Assembly (NCBI GenBank): GCA_964057225.1
Contig: OZ059899.1
Location: 21,402,505 to 21,466,504 of the forward strand
Direction of reading: 5' to 3'
DNA: 64,000 nucleotides
Source: Auanema rhodensis
Lineage: Eukaryota; Animalia; Nematoda
Part shown: positions 41,501 through 56,500 of the stretch, piece after piece
How the letters are laid out: every line of letters starts with the position of its first letter
How positions within the stretch are numbered: the stretch's first letter is position 1
Translations under genes and position numbers: made by a program
Notes under the pieces: generated by a model
What the model saw: the letters and a program-made list of their open reading frames with translations, nothing else
The model's database searches: none
What the model was told of the DNA's origin: nothing

Positions 41501-44500
41501 CGTGAAAGATAAAGAGATGCGGTTTTTAAAATTAGATTCCCCATGTCCATATTAGTCTAAAAACCAATTTTTATTGATATTGGTGCATGGTAACCATGAC
41601 TTTGAAATTTACGTGAACTTTAATTTATGCTAATTAAATGTACACGTGATGTGCACTTGGTATGTAACTCGCTTCACGTGAAAGATAAAGAGATGCGGTT
41701 TTTAAAATTAGATTCCCCATGTCCATATTAGTCTAAAAACCAATTTTTATTGATATTGGTGCATGGTAACCATGACTTTGAAATTTACGTGAACTTTAAT
41801 TTATGCTAATTAAATGTACACGTGATGTGCACTTGGTATGTAACTCGCTTCACGTGAAAGATAAAGAGATGCGGTTTTCAAAATTAGATTCCCCATGTCC
41901 ATATTAGTCTAAAAACAAATTTTTATTGATATTGGTTCATGGTAAACATGACTTTGAAATTTACGTGAACTTTAATTTATGCTAATTAAATGTACACGTG
42001 ATGTGCACTTGGTATGTAACTCGCTTCACGTGAAAGATAAAGAGATGCGGTTTTCAAAATTAGATTCCCCATGTCCATATTAGTCTAAAAACCAATTTTT
42101 ATTGATATTGGTGCATGGTAACCATGACTTTGAAATTTACGTGAACTTTAATTTATGCTAATTAAATGTACACGTGATGTGCACTTGGTATGTAACTCGC
42201 TTCACGTGAAAGATAAAGAGATGCGGTTTTCAAAATTAGATTCCCCATGTCCATATTAGTCTAAAAACAAATTTTTATTGATATTGGTTCATGGTAACCA
42301 TGACTTTGAAATTTACGTGAACTTTAATTTATGCTAATTAAATGTACACGTGATGTGCACTTGGTATGTAACTCGCTTCACGTGAAAGATAAAGAGATGC
42401 GGTTTTCAAAATTAGATTCCCCATGTCCATATTAGTCTAAAAACCAATTTTTATTGATATTGGTGCATGGTAACCATGACTTTGAAATTTACGTGAACTT
42501 TAATTTATGCTAATTAAATGTACACGTGATGTGCACTTGGTATGTAACTCGCTTCACGTGAAAGATAAAGAGATGCGGTTTTCAAATTAGATTCCCCATG
42601 TCCATATTAGTCTAAAAACAAATTTTTATTGATATTGGTTCATGGTAACCATGACTTTGAAATTTACGTGAACTTTAATTTATGTTAATTAAATGTACAC
42701 GTGATGTGCACTTGGTATGTAACTCGCTTCACGTGAAAGATAAAGAGATGCGGTTTTCAAAATTAGATTCCCCATGTCCATATTAGTCTAAAAACAAATT
42801 TTTATTGATATTGGTTCATGGTAAACATGACTTTGAAATTTACGTGAACTTTAATTTATGCTAATTAAATGTACACGTGATGTGCACTTGGTATGTAACT
42901 CGCTTCACGTGAAAGATAAAGAGATGCGGTTTTCAAATTAGATTCCCCATGTCCATATTAGTCTAAAAACCAATTTTTATTGATATTGGTGCATGGTAAC
43001 CATGACTTTGAAATTTACGTGAACTTTAATTTATGCTAATTAAATGTACACGTGATGTGCACTTGGTATGTAACTCGCTTCACGTGAAAGATAAAGAGAT
43101 GCGGTTTTCAAAATTAGATTCCCCATGTCCATATTAGTCTAAAAACCAATTTTTATTGATATTGGTGCATGGTAACCATGACTTTGAAATTTACGTGAAC
43201 TTTAATTTATGCTAATTAAATGTACACGTGATGTGCACTTGGTATGTAACTCGCTTCACGTGAAAGATAAAGAGATGCGGTTTCAAAATTAGATTCCCCA
43301 TGTCCATATTAGTCTAAAAACAATTTTTATTGATATTGGTGCATGGTAACCATGACTTTGAAATTTACGTGAACTTTAATTTATGCTAATTAAATGTACA
43401 CGTGATGTGCACTTAGTATGTAACTCGCTTCACGTGAAAGATAAAGAGATGCGGTTTTCAAAATTAGATTCCCCATGTCCATATTAGTCTAAAAACAAAT
43501 TTTTATTGATATTGGTTCATGGTAACCATGACTTTGAAATTTACGTGAACTTTAATTTATGCTAATTAAATGTACACGTGATGTGCACTTGGTATGTAAC
43601 TCGCTTCACGTGAAAGATAAAGAGATGCGGTTTTCAAATTAGATTCCCCATGTCCATATTAGTCTAAAAACAAATTTTTATTGATATTGGTTCATGGTAA
43701 ACATGACTTTGAAATTTACGTGAACTTTAATTTATGTTAATTAAATGTACACGTGATGTGCACTTGGTATGTAACTCGCTTCACGTGAAAGATAAAGAGA
43801 TGCGGTTTTCAAATTAGATTCCCCATGTCCATATTAGTCTAAAAACAATTTTTATTGATATTGGTTCATGGTAAACATGACTTTGAAATTTACGTGAACT
43901 TCAATTTATGCTAATTAAATGTACACGTGATGTGCACTTGGTATGTAACTCGCTTCACGTGAAAGATAAAGAGATGCGGTTTTCAAAATTAGATTCCCCA
44001 TGTCCATATTAGTCTAAAAACCAATTTTATTGATATTGGTGCATGGTAACCATGACTTTGAAATTTACGTGAACTTTAATTTATGCTAATTAAATGTACA
44101 CGTGATGTGCACTTGGTATGTAACTCGCTTCACGTGAAAGATAAAGAGATGCGGTTTTAAAATTAGATTCCCCATGTCCATATTAGTCTAAAAACAATTT
44201 TTATTGATATTGGTGCATGGTAACCATGACTTTGAAATTTACGTGAACTTTAATTATGCTAATTAAATGTACACGTGATGTGCACTTGGTATGTAACTCG
44301 CTTCACGTGAAAGATAAAGAGATGCGGTTTTTAAAATTAGATTCCCCATGTCCATATTAGTCTAAAAACCAATTTTTATTGATATTGGTGCATGGTAACC
44401 ATGACTTTGAAATTTACGTGAACTTTAATTTATGCTAATTAAATGTACACGTGATGTGCACTTGGTATGTAACTCGCTTCACGTGAAAGATAAAGAGATG

Positions 44501-47500
44501 CGGTTTTCAAAATTAGATTCCCCATGTCCATATTAGTCTAAAAACAAATTTTTATTGATATTGGTTCATGGTAACCATGACTTTGAAATTTACGTGAACT
44601 TTAATTTATGCTAATTAAATGTACACGTGATGTGCACTTGGTATGTAACTCGCTTCACGTGAAAGATAAAGAGATGCGGTTTTCAAAATTAGATTCCCCA
44701 TGTCCATATTAGTCTAAAAACCAATTTTTATTGATATTGGTGCATGGTAACCATGACTTTGAAATTTACGTGAACTTTAATTTATGCTAATTAAATGTAC
44801 ACGTGATGTGCACTTGGTATGTAACTCGCTTCACGTGAAAGATAAAGAGATGCGGTTTTCAAATTAGATTCCCATGTCCATATTAGTCTAAAAACCAATT
44901 TTTATTGATATTGGTGCATGGTAACCATGACTTTGAAATTTACGTGAACTTTAATTTATGCTAATTAAATGTACACGTGATGTGCACTTGGTATGTAACT
45001 CGCTTCACGTGAAAGATAAAGAGATGCGGTTTTAAAATTAGATTCCCCATGTCCATATTAGTCTAAAAACCAATTTTTATTGATATTGGTGCATGGTAAC
45101 CATGACTTTGAAATTTACGTGAACTTTAATTTATGCTAATTAAATGTACACGTGATGTGCACTTGGTAAGTAACTCGCTTCACGTGAAAGATAAAGAGAT
45201 GCGGTTTTCAAAATTAGATTCCCCATGTCCATATTAGTCTAAAAACCAATTTTTATTGATATTGGTGCATGGTAACCATGACTTTGAAATTTACGTGAAC
45301 TTTAATTTATGCTAATTAAATGTACACGTGATGTGCACTTGGTATGTAACTCGCTTCACGTGAAAGATAAAGAGATGCGGTTTTCAAAATTAGATTCCCC
45401 ATGTCCATATTAGTCTAAAAACAAATTTTTATTGATATTGGTTCATGGTAAACATGACTTTGAAATTTACGTGAACTTTAATTTATGCTAATTAAATGTA
45501 CACGTGATGTGCACTTGGTATGTAACTCGCTTCACGTGAAAGATAAAGAGATGCGGTTTTCAAAATTAGATTCCCCATGTCCATATTAGTCTAAAAACCA
45601 ATTTTTATTGATATTGGTGCATGGTAACCATGACTTTGAAATTTACGTGAACTTTAATTTATGCTAATTAAATGTACACGTGATGTGCACTTGGTATGTA
45701 ACTCGCTTCACGTGAAAGATAAAGAGATGCGGTTTTTAAAATTAGATTCCCCATGTCCATATTAGTCTAAAAACCAATTTTTATTGATATTGGTGCATGG
45801 TAACCATGACTTTGAAATTTACGTGAACTTTAATTTATGCTAATTAAATGTACACGTGATGTGCACTTGGTATGTAACTCGCTTCACGTGAAAGATAAAG
45901 AGATGCGGTTTTTTAAAATTAGATTCCCCATGTCCATATTAGTCTAAAAACCAATTTTTATTGATATTGGTGCATGGTAACCATGACTTTGAAATTTACG
46001 TGAACTTTAATTTATGCTAATTAAATGTACACGTGATGTGCACTTGGTATGTAACTCGCTTCACGTGAAAGATAAAGAGATGCGGTTTTTCAAAATTAGA
46101 TTCCCCATGTCCATATTAGTCTAAAAACCAATTTTTATTGATATTGGTGCATGGTAACCATGACTTTGAAATTTACGTGAACTTTAATTTATGCTAATTA
46201 AATGTACACGTGATGTGCACTTGGTATGTAACTCGCTTCACGTGAAAGATAAAGAGATGCGGTTTTCTAAAATTAGATTCCCCATGTCCATATTAGTCTA
46301 AAAACCAATTTTTATTGATATTGGTGCATGGTAACCATGACTTTGAAATTTACGTGAACTTTAATTTATGCTAATTAAATGTACACGTGATGTGCACTTG
46401 GTATGTAACTCGCTTCACGTGAAAGATAAAGAGATGCGGTTTTTAAAATTAGATTCCCCATGTCCATATTAGTCTAAAAACCAATTTTTATTGATATTGG
46501 TGCATGGTAACCATGACTTTGAAATTTACGTGAACTTTAATTTATGCTAATTAAATGTACACGTGATGTGCACTTGGTATGTAACTCGCTTCACGTGAAA
46601 GATAAAGAGATGCGGTTTCAAAATTAGATTCCCCATGTCCATATTAGTCTAAAAACAAATTTTTATTGATATTGGTTCATGGTAACCATGACTTTGAAAT
46701 TTACGTGAACTTTAATTTATGCTAATTAAATGTACACGTGATGTGCACTTGGTATGTAACTCGCTTCACGTGAAAGATAAAGAGATGCGGTTTTCAAAAT
46801 TAGATTCCCCATGTCCATATTAGTCTAAAAACAAATTTTTATTGATATTGGTTCATGGTAACCATGACTTTGAAATTTACGTGAACTTTAATTTATGCTA
46901 ATTAAATGTACACGTGATGTGCACTTGGTATGTAACTCGCTTCACGTGAAGATAAAGAGATGCGGTTTTCAAAATTAGATTCCCCATGTCCATATTAGTC
47001 TAAAAACCAATTTTTATTGATATTGGTGCATGGTAACCATGACTTTGAAATTTACGTGAACTTTAATTTATGCTAATTAAATGTACACGTGATGTGCACT
47101 TGGTATGTAACTCGCTTCACGTGAAAGATAAAGAGATGCGGTTTTCAAAATTAGATTCCCCATGTCCATATTAGTCTAAAAACAAATTTTTATTGATATT
47201 GGTTCATGGTAAACATGACTTTGAAATTTACGTGAACTTTAATTTATGCTAATTAAATGTACACGTGATGTGCACTTGGTAAGTAACTCGCTTCACGTGA
47301 AAGATAAAGAGATGCGGTTTTCAAAATTAGATTCCCCATGTCCATATTAGTCTAAAAACCAATTTTTATTGATATTGGTGCATGGTAACCATGACTTTGA
47401 AATTTACGTGAACTTTAATTTATGCTAATTAAATGTACACGTGATGTGCACTTGGTATGTAACTCGCTTCACGTGAAAGATAAAGAGATGCGGTTTTCAA

Positions 47501-50500
47501 AATTAGATTCCCCATGTCCATATTAGTCTAAAAACAAATTTTTATTGATATTGGTTCATGGTAACCATGACTTTGAAATTTACGTGAACTTTAATTTATG
47601 CTAATTAAATGTACACGTGATGTGCACTTGGTATGTAACTCGCTTCACGTGAAAGATAAAGAGATGCGGTTTTCAAAATTAGATTCCCCATGTCCATATT
47701 AGTCTAAAAACAATTTTTATTGATATTGGTGCATGGTAACCATGACTTTGAAATTTACGTGAACTTTAATTTATGCTAATTAAATGTACACGTGATGTGC
47801 ACTTGGTATGTAACTCGCTTCACGTGAAAGATAAAGAGATGCGGTTTTCAAAATTAGATTCCCCATGTCCATATTAGTCTAAAAACCAATTTTTATTGAT
47901 ATTGGTGCATGGTAACCATGACTTTGAAATTTACGTGAACTTTAATTTATGCTAATTAAATGTACACGTGATGTGCACTTGGTATGTAACTCGCTTCACG
48001 TGAAAGATAAAGAGATGCGGTTTTCAAAATTAGATTCCCCATGTCCATATTAGTCTAAAAACCAAATTTTATTGATATTGGTTCATGGTAACCATGACTT
48101 TGAAATTTACGTGAACTTTAATTTATGCTAATTAAATGTACACGTGATGTGCACTTGGTATGTAACTCGCTTCACGTGAAAGATAAAGAGATGCGGTTTT
48201 CAAATTAGATTCCCCATGTCCATATTAGTCTAAAAACAAATTTTTATTGATATTGGTTCATGGTAACCATGACTTTGAAATTTACGTGAACTTTAATTTA
48301 TGCTAATTAAATGTACACGTGATGTGCACTTGGTATGTAACTCGCTTCACGTGAAAGATAAAGAGATGCGGTTTTTAAAATTAGATTCCCCATGTCCATA
48401 TTAGTCTAAAAACCAATTTTTATTGATATTGGTGCATGGTAACCATGACTTTGAAATTTACGTGAACTTTAATTTATGCTAATTAAATGTACACGTGATG
48501 TGCACTTGGTATGTAACTCGCTTCACGTGAAAGATAAAGAGATGCGGTTTCAAAATTAGATTCCCCATGTCCATATTAGTCTAAAAACAATTTTTATTGA
48601 TATTGGTGCATGGTAACCATGACTTTGAAATTTACGTGAACTTTAATTTATGCTAATTAAATGTACACGTGATGTGCACTTGGTATGTAACTCGCTTCAC
48701 GTGAAAGATAAAGAGATGCGGTTTTCAAAATTAGATTCCCCATGTCCATATTAGTCTAAAAACAAATTTTTATTGATATTGGTTCATGGTAACCATGACT
48801 TTGAAATTTACGTGAACTTTAATTTATGCTAATTAAATGTACACGTGATGTGCACTTGGTATGTAACTCGCTTCACGTGAAAGATAAAGAGATGCGGTTT
48901 TCAAATTAGATTCCCCATGTCCATATTAGTCTAAAAACAAATTTTTATTGATATTGGTTCATGGTAAACATGACTTTGAAATTTACGTGAACTTTAATTT
49001 ATGCTAATTAAATGTACACGTGATGTGCACTTGGTATGTAACTCGCTTCACGTGAAAGATAAAGAGATGCGGTTTTAAAATTAGATTCCCCATGTCCATA
49101 TTAGTCTAAAAACCAATTTTTATTGATATTGGTGCATGGTAACCATGACTTTGAAATTTACGTGAACTTTAATTTATGCTAATTAAATGTACACGTGATG
49201 TGCACTTGGTATGTAACTCGCTTCACGTGAAAGATAAAGAGATGCGGTTTTCAAAATTAGATTCCCCATGTCCATATTAGTCTAAAAACAAATTTTTATT
49301 GATATTGGTTCATGGTAACCATGACTTTGAAATTTACGTGAACTTTAATTTATGCTAATTAAATGTACACGTGATGTGCACTTGGTATGTAACTCGCTTC
49401 ACGTGAAAGATAAAGAGATGCGGTTTTCAAAATTAGATTCCCCATGTCCATATTAGTCTAAAACAAATTTTTATTGATATTGGTTCATGGTAAACATGAC
49501 TTTGAAATTTACGTGAACTTTAATTTATGCTAATTAAATGTACACGTGATGTGCACTTGGTATGTAACTCGCTTCACGTGAAAGATAAAGAGATGCGGTT
49601 TTCAAAATTAGATTCCCCATGTCCATATTAGTCTAAAAACCAATTTTTATTGATATTGGTGCATGGTAACCATGACTTTGAAATTTACGTGAACTTTAAT
49701 TTATGCTAATTAAATGTACACGTGATGTGCACTTGGTATGTAACTCGCTTCACGTGAAAGATAAAGAGATGCGGTTTTCAAAATTAGATTCCCCATGTCC
49801 ATATTAGTCTAAAAACAAATTTTTATTGATATTGGTTCATGGTAACCATGACTTTGAAATTTACGTGAACTTTAATTTATGCTAATTAAATGTACACGTG
49901 ATGTGCACTTGGTATGTAACTCGCTTCACGTGAAAGATAAAGAGATGCGGTTTTCAAAATTAGATTCCCCATGTCCATATTAGTCTAAAAACAAATTTTT
50001 ATTGATATTGGTTCATGGTAACCATGACTTTGAAATTTACGTGAACTTTAATTTATGCTAATTAAATGTACACGTGATGTGCACTTGGTATGTAACTCGC
50101 TTCACGTGAAAGATAAAGAGATGCGGTTTTCAAAATTAGATTCCCCATGTCCATATTAGTCTAAAAACAAATTTTTATTGATATTGGTTCATGGTAACCA
50201 TGACTTTGAAATTTACGTGAACTTTAATTTATGCTAATTAAATGTACACGTGATGTGCACTTGGTATGTAACTCGCTTCACGTGAAGATAAAGAGATGCG
50301 GTTTTCAAAATTAGATTCCCCATGTCCATATTAGTCTAAAAACAATTTTTATTGATATTGGTGCATGGTAACCATGACTTTGAAATTTACGTGAACTTTA
50401 ATTTATGCTAATTAAATGTACACGTGATGTGCACTTGGTATGTAACTCGCTTCACGTGAAAGATAAAGAGATGCGGTTTTCAAAATTAGATTCCCATGTC

Positions 50501-53500
50501 CATATTAGTCTAAAAACAAATTTTTATTGATATTGGTTCATGGTAACCATGACTTTGAAATTTACGTGAACTTTAATTTATGCTAATTAAATGTACACGT
50601 GATGTGCACTTGGTATGTAACTCGCTTCACGTGAAAAGATAAAGAGATGCGGTTTCAAAATTAGATTCCCCATGTCCATATTAGTCTAAAAACAAGTTTT
50701 TATTGATATTGGTGCATGGTAACCATGACTTTGAAATTTACGTGAACTTTAATTTATGCTAATTAAATGTACACGTGATGTGCACTTGGTATGTAACTCG
50801 CTTCACGTGAAAGATAAAGAGATGCAGTTTTCAAAATTAGATTCCCCATGTCCATATTAGTCTAAAAACCAATTTTTATTGATATTGGTGCATGGTAACC
50901 ATGACTTTGAAATTTACGTGAACTTTAATTTATGCTAATTAAATGTACACGTGATGTGCACTTGGTATGTAACTCGCTTCACGTGAAAGATAAAGAGATG
51001 CGGTTTTCAAATTAGATTCCCCATGTCCATATTAGTCTAAAAACAAATTTTTATTGATATTGGTTCATGGTAACCATGACTTTGAAATTTACGTGAACTT
51101 TAATTTATGCTAATTAAATGTACACGTGATGTGCACTTGGTATGTAACTCGCTTCACGTGAAAGATAAAGAGATGCGGTTTTCAAAATTAGATTCCCCAT
51201 GTCCATATTAGTCTAAAAACAAATTTTTATTGATATTGGTTCATGGTAAACATGACTTTGAAATTTACGTGAACTTTAATTTATGCTAATTAAATGTACA
51301 CGTGATGTGCACTTGGTATGTAACTCGCTTCACGTGAAAGATAAAGAGATGCGGTTTTCAAAATTAGATTCCCCATGTCCATATTAGTCTAAAAACAAAT
51401 TTTTATTGATATTGGTTCATGGTAAACATGACTTTGAAATTTACGTGAACTTTAATTTATGCTAATTAAATGTACACGTGATGTGCACTTGGTATGTAAC
51501 TCGCTTCACGTGAAAGATAAAGAGATGCGGTTTTCAAAATTAGATTCCCCATGTCCATATTAGTCTAAAAACCAATTTTTATTGATATTGGTGCATGGTA
51601 ACCATGACTTTGAAATTTACGTGAACTTTAATTTATGCTAATTAAATGTACACGTGATGTGCACTTGGTATGTAACTCGCTTCACGTGAAAGATAAAGAG
51701 ATGCGGTTTTCAAAATTAGATTCCCCATGTCCATATTAGTCTAAAAACAAATTTTTATTGATATTGGTTCATGGTAACCATGACTTTGAAATTTACGTGA
51801 ACTTTAATTTATGCTAATTAAATGTACACGTGATGTGCACTTGGTATGTAACTCGCTTCACGTGAAAGATAAAGAGATGCGGTTTTCAAAATTAGATTCC
51901 CCATGTCCATATTAGTCTAAAAACAAATTTTTATTGATATTGGTTCATGGTAACCATGACTTTGAAATTTACGTGAACTTTAATTTATGCTAATTAAATG
52001 TACACGTGATGTGCACTTGGTATGTAACTCGCTTCACGTGAAAGATAAAGAGATGCAGGTTTTCAAAATTAGATTCCCCATGTCCATATTAGTCTAAAAA
52101 CAAATTTTTATTGATATTGGTTCATGGTAACATGACTTTGAAATTTACGTGAACTTTAATTTATGCTAATTAAATGTACACGTGATGTGCACTTGGTATG
52201 TAACTCGCTTCACGTGAAAGATAAAGAGATGCGGTTTTCAAAATTAGATTCCCCATGTCCATATTAGTCTAAAAACAAATTTTTATTGATATTGGTTCAT
52301 GGTAACCATGACTTTGAAATTTACGTGAACTTTAATTTATGCTAATTAAATGTACACGTGATGTGCACTTGGTATGTAACTCGCTTCACGTGAAAGATAA
52401 AGAGATGCGGTTTTCAAAATTAGATTCCCCATGTCCATATTAGTCTAAAAACAAATTTTTATTGATATTGGTTCATGGTAAACATGACTTTGAAATTTAC
52501 GTGAACTTTAATTTATGCTAATTAAATGTACACGTGATGTGCACTTGTATGTAACTCGCTTCACGTGAAAGATAAAGAGATGCGGTTTTCAAAATTAGAT
52601 TCCCCATGTCCATATTAGTCTAAAAACCAATTTTTATTGATATTGGTGCATGGTAACCATGACTTTGAAATTTACGTGAACTTTAATTTATGCTAATTAA
52701 ATGTACACGTGATGTGCACTTGGTATGTAACTCGCTTCACGTGAAAGATAAAGAGATGCGGTTTTCAAAATTAGATTCCCCATGTCCATATTAGTCTAAA
52801 AACAAATTTTTATTGATATTGGTTCATGGTAACCATGACTTTGAAATTTACGTGAACTTTAATTTATGCTAATTAAATGTACACGTGATGTGCACTTGGT
52901 ATGTAACTCGCTTCACGTGAAAGATAAAGAGATGCGGTTTCAAAATTAGATTCCCCATGTCCATATTAGTCTAAAAACAAATTTTTATTGATATTGGTTC
53001 ATGGTAACCATGACTTTGAAATTTACGTGAACTTTAATTTATGCTAATTAAATGTACACGTGATGTGCACTTGGTATGTAACTCGCTTCACGTGAAAGAT
53101 AAAGAGATGCGGTTTTCAAAATTAGATTCCCATGTCCATATTAGTCTAAAACAAATTTTAATGATATTGGTTCATGGTAAACATGACTTTGAAATTTACG
53201 TGAACTTTAATTTATGCTAATTAAATGTACACGTGATGTGCACTTGGTATGTAACTCGCTTCACGTGAAAGATAAAGAGATGCGGTTTTCAAAATTAGAT
53301 TCCCCATGTCCATATTAGTCTAAAAACAATTTTTATTGATATTGGTGCATGGTAACCATGACTTTGAAATTTACGTGAACTTTAATTTATGCTAATTAAA
53401 TGTACACGTGATGTGCACTTGGTATGTAACTCGCTTCACGTGAAAGATAAAGAGATGCGGTTTTCAAAATTAGATTCCCCATGTCCATATTAGTCTAAAA

Positions 53501-56500
53501 ACAAATTTTTATCGATATTGGTTCATGGTAACCATGACTTTGAAATTTACGTGAACTTTAATTTATGCTAATTAAATGTACACGTGATGTGCACTTGGTA
53601 TGTAACTCGCTTCACGTGAAAGATAAAGAGATGCGGTTTTCAAATTAGATTCCCCATGTCCATATTAGTCTAAAAACCAATTTTTATTGATATTGGTGCA
53701 TGGTAACCATGACTTTGAAATTTACGTGAACTTTAATTTATGCTAATTAAATGTACACGTGATGTGCACTTGGTATGTAACTCGCTTCACGTGAAAGATA
53801 AAGAGATGCGGTTTTCAAAATTAGATTCCCCATGTCCATATTAGTCTAAAAACAAATTTTTATTGATATTGGTTCATGGTAACCATGACTTTGAAATTTA
53901 CGTGAACTTTAATTTATGCTAATTAAATGTACACGTGATGTGCACTTGGTATGTAACTCGCTTCACGTGAAAGATAAAGAGATGTGGTTTTCAAAATTAG
54001 ATTCCCCATGTCCATATTAGTCTAAAAACCAATTTTTATTGATATTGGTGCATGGTAACCATGACTTTGAAATTTACGTGAACTTTAATTTATGCTAATT
54101 AAATGTACACGTGATGTGCACTTGGTATGTAACTCGCTTCACGTGAAAGATAAAGAGATGCGGTTTTCAAAATTAGATTCCCCATGTCCATATTAGTCTA
54201 AAAACCAATTTTTATTGATATTGGTGCATGGTAACCATGACTTTGAAATTTACGTGAACTTTAATTTATGCTAATTAAATGTACACGTGATGTGCACTTG
54301 GTATGTAACTCGCTTCACGTGAAAGATAAAGAGATGCGGTTTTCAAATTAGATTCCCCATGTCCATATTAGTCTAAAAACAAATTTTATTGATATTGGTT
54401 CATGGTAACCATGACTTTGAAATTTACGTGAACTTTAATTTATGCTAATTAAATGTACACGTGATGTGCACTTGGTATGTAACTCGCTTCACGTGAAAGA
54501 TAAAGAGATGCGGTTTTCAAAATTAGATTCCCCATGTCCATATTAGTCTAAAAACCAATTTTATTGATATGGGTGCATGGTAACCATGACTTTGAAATTT
54601 ACGTGAACTTTAATTTATGCTAATTAAATGTACACGTGATGTGCACTTGGTATGTAACTCGCTTCACGTGAAAGATAAAGAGATGCGGTTTTCAAAATTA
54701 GATTCCCCATGTCCATATTAGTCTAAAAAACAAATTTTTATTGATATTGGTTAATGGTAACCATGACTTTGAAATTTACGTGAACTTTAATTTATGCTAA
54801 TTAAATGTACACGTGATGTGCACTTGGTATGTAACTCGCTTCACGTGAAAGATAAAGAGATGCGGTTTTCAAAATTAGATTCCCCATGTCCATATTAGTC
54901 TAAAAACCAATTTTTATTGATATTGGTTCATGGTAAACATGACTTTGAAATTTACGTGAACTTTAATTTATGCTAATTAAATGTACACGTGATGTGCACT
55001 TGGTATGTAACTCGCTTCACGTGAAAGATAAAGAGATGCGGTTTTCAAAATTAGATTCCCCATGTCCATATTAGTCTAAAAACAAATTTTTATTGATATT
55101 GGTTCATGGTAACCATGACTTTGAAATTTACGTGAACTTTAATTTATGCTAATTAAATGTACACGTGATGTGCACTTGGTATGTAACTCGCTTCACGTAA
55201 AAGATAAAGAGATGCGGTTTTCAAAATTAGATTCCCCATGTCCATATTAGTCTAAAAACGCAATTTTTATTGATATTGGTGCATGGTAACCATGACTTGA
55301 AATTTACGTGAACTTTAATTTATGCTAATTAAATGTACACGTGATGTGCACTTGGTATGTAACTCGCTTCACGTGAAAGATAAAGAGATGCGGTTTTCAA
55401 ATTAGATTCCCCATGTCCATATTAGTCTAAAAACAAATTTTTATTGATATTGGTTCATGGTAACCATGACTTTGAAATTTACGTGAACTTTAATTTATGC
55501 TAATTAAATGTACACGTGATGTGCACTTGGTATGTAACTCGCTTCACGTGAAAGATAAAGAGATGCGGTTTTCAAAATTAGATTCCCCATGTCCATATTA
55601 GTCTAAAAACAATTTTTATTGATATTGGTTCATGGTAAACATGACTTTGAAATTTACGTGAACTTTAATTTATGCTAATTAAATGTACACGTGATGTGCA
55701 CTTGGTATGTAACTCGCTTCACGTGAAAGATAAAGAGATGCGGTTTTTCAAATTAGATTCCCCATGTCCATATTAGTCTAAAAACAATTTTTATTGATAT
55801 TGGTGCATGGTAACCATGACTTTGAAATTTACGTGAACTTTAATTTATGCTAATTAAATGTACACGTGATGTGCACTTGGTATGTAACTCGCTTCACGTG
55901 AAAGATAAAGAGATGCGGTTTTTAAAATTAGATTCCCCATGTCCATATTAGTCTAAAAACAAATTTTTATTGATATTGGTGCATGGTAACCATGACTTTG
56001 AAATTTACGTGAACTTTAATTTATGCTAATTAAATGTACACGTGATGTGCACTTGGTATGTAACTCGCTTCACGTGAAAGATAAAGAGATGCGGTTTTCA
56101 AAATTAGATTCCCCATGTCCATATTAGTCTAAAAACGAATTTTTATTGATATTGGTTCATGGTAAACATGACTTTGAAATTTACGTGAACTTTAATTTAT
56201 GTTAATTAAATGTACACGTGATGTGCACTTGGTATGTAACTCGCTTCACGTGAAAGATAAAGAGATGCGGTTTTCAAAATTAGATTCCCCATGTCCATAT
56301 TAGTCTAAAAACAAATTTTTATTGATATTGGTTCATGGTAAACATGACTTTGAAATTTACGTGAACTTTAATTTATGCTAATTAAATGTACACGTGATGT
56401 GCACTTGGTATGTAACTCGCTTCACGTGAAAGATAAAGAGATGCGGTTTTCAAAATTAGATTCCTCATGTCCATATTAGTCTAAAAACCAATTTTTATTG

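Noticed and set aside
14281-42540. Apparent global 2640-bp higher-order period in the printed lines
   Set aside because: 2640 is the least common multiple of 176 and the 60-base line width. It was accepted only locally, where rare SNPs recur at that offset.
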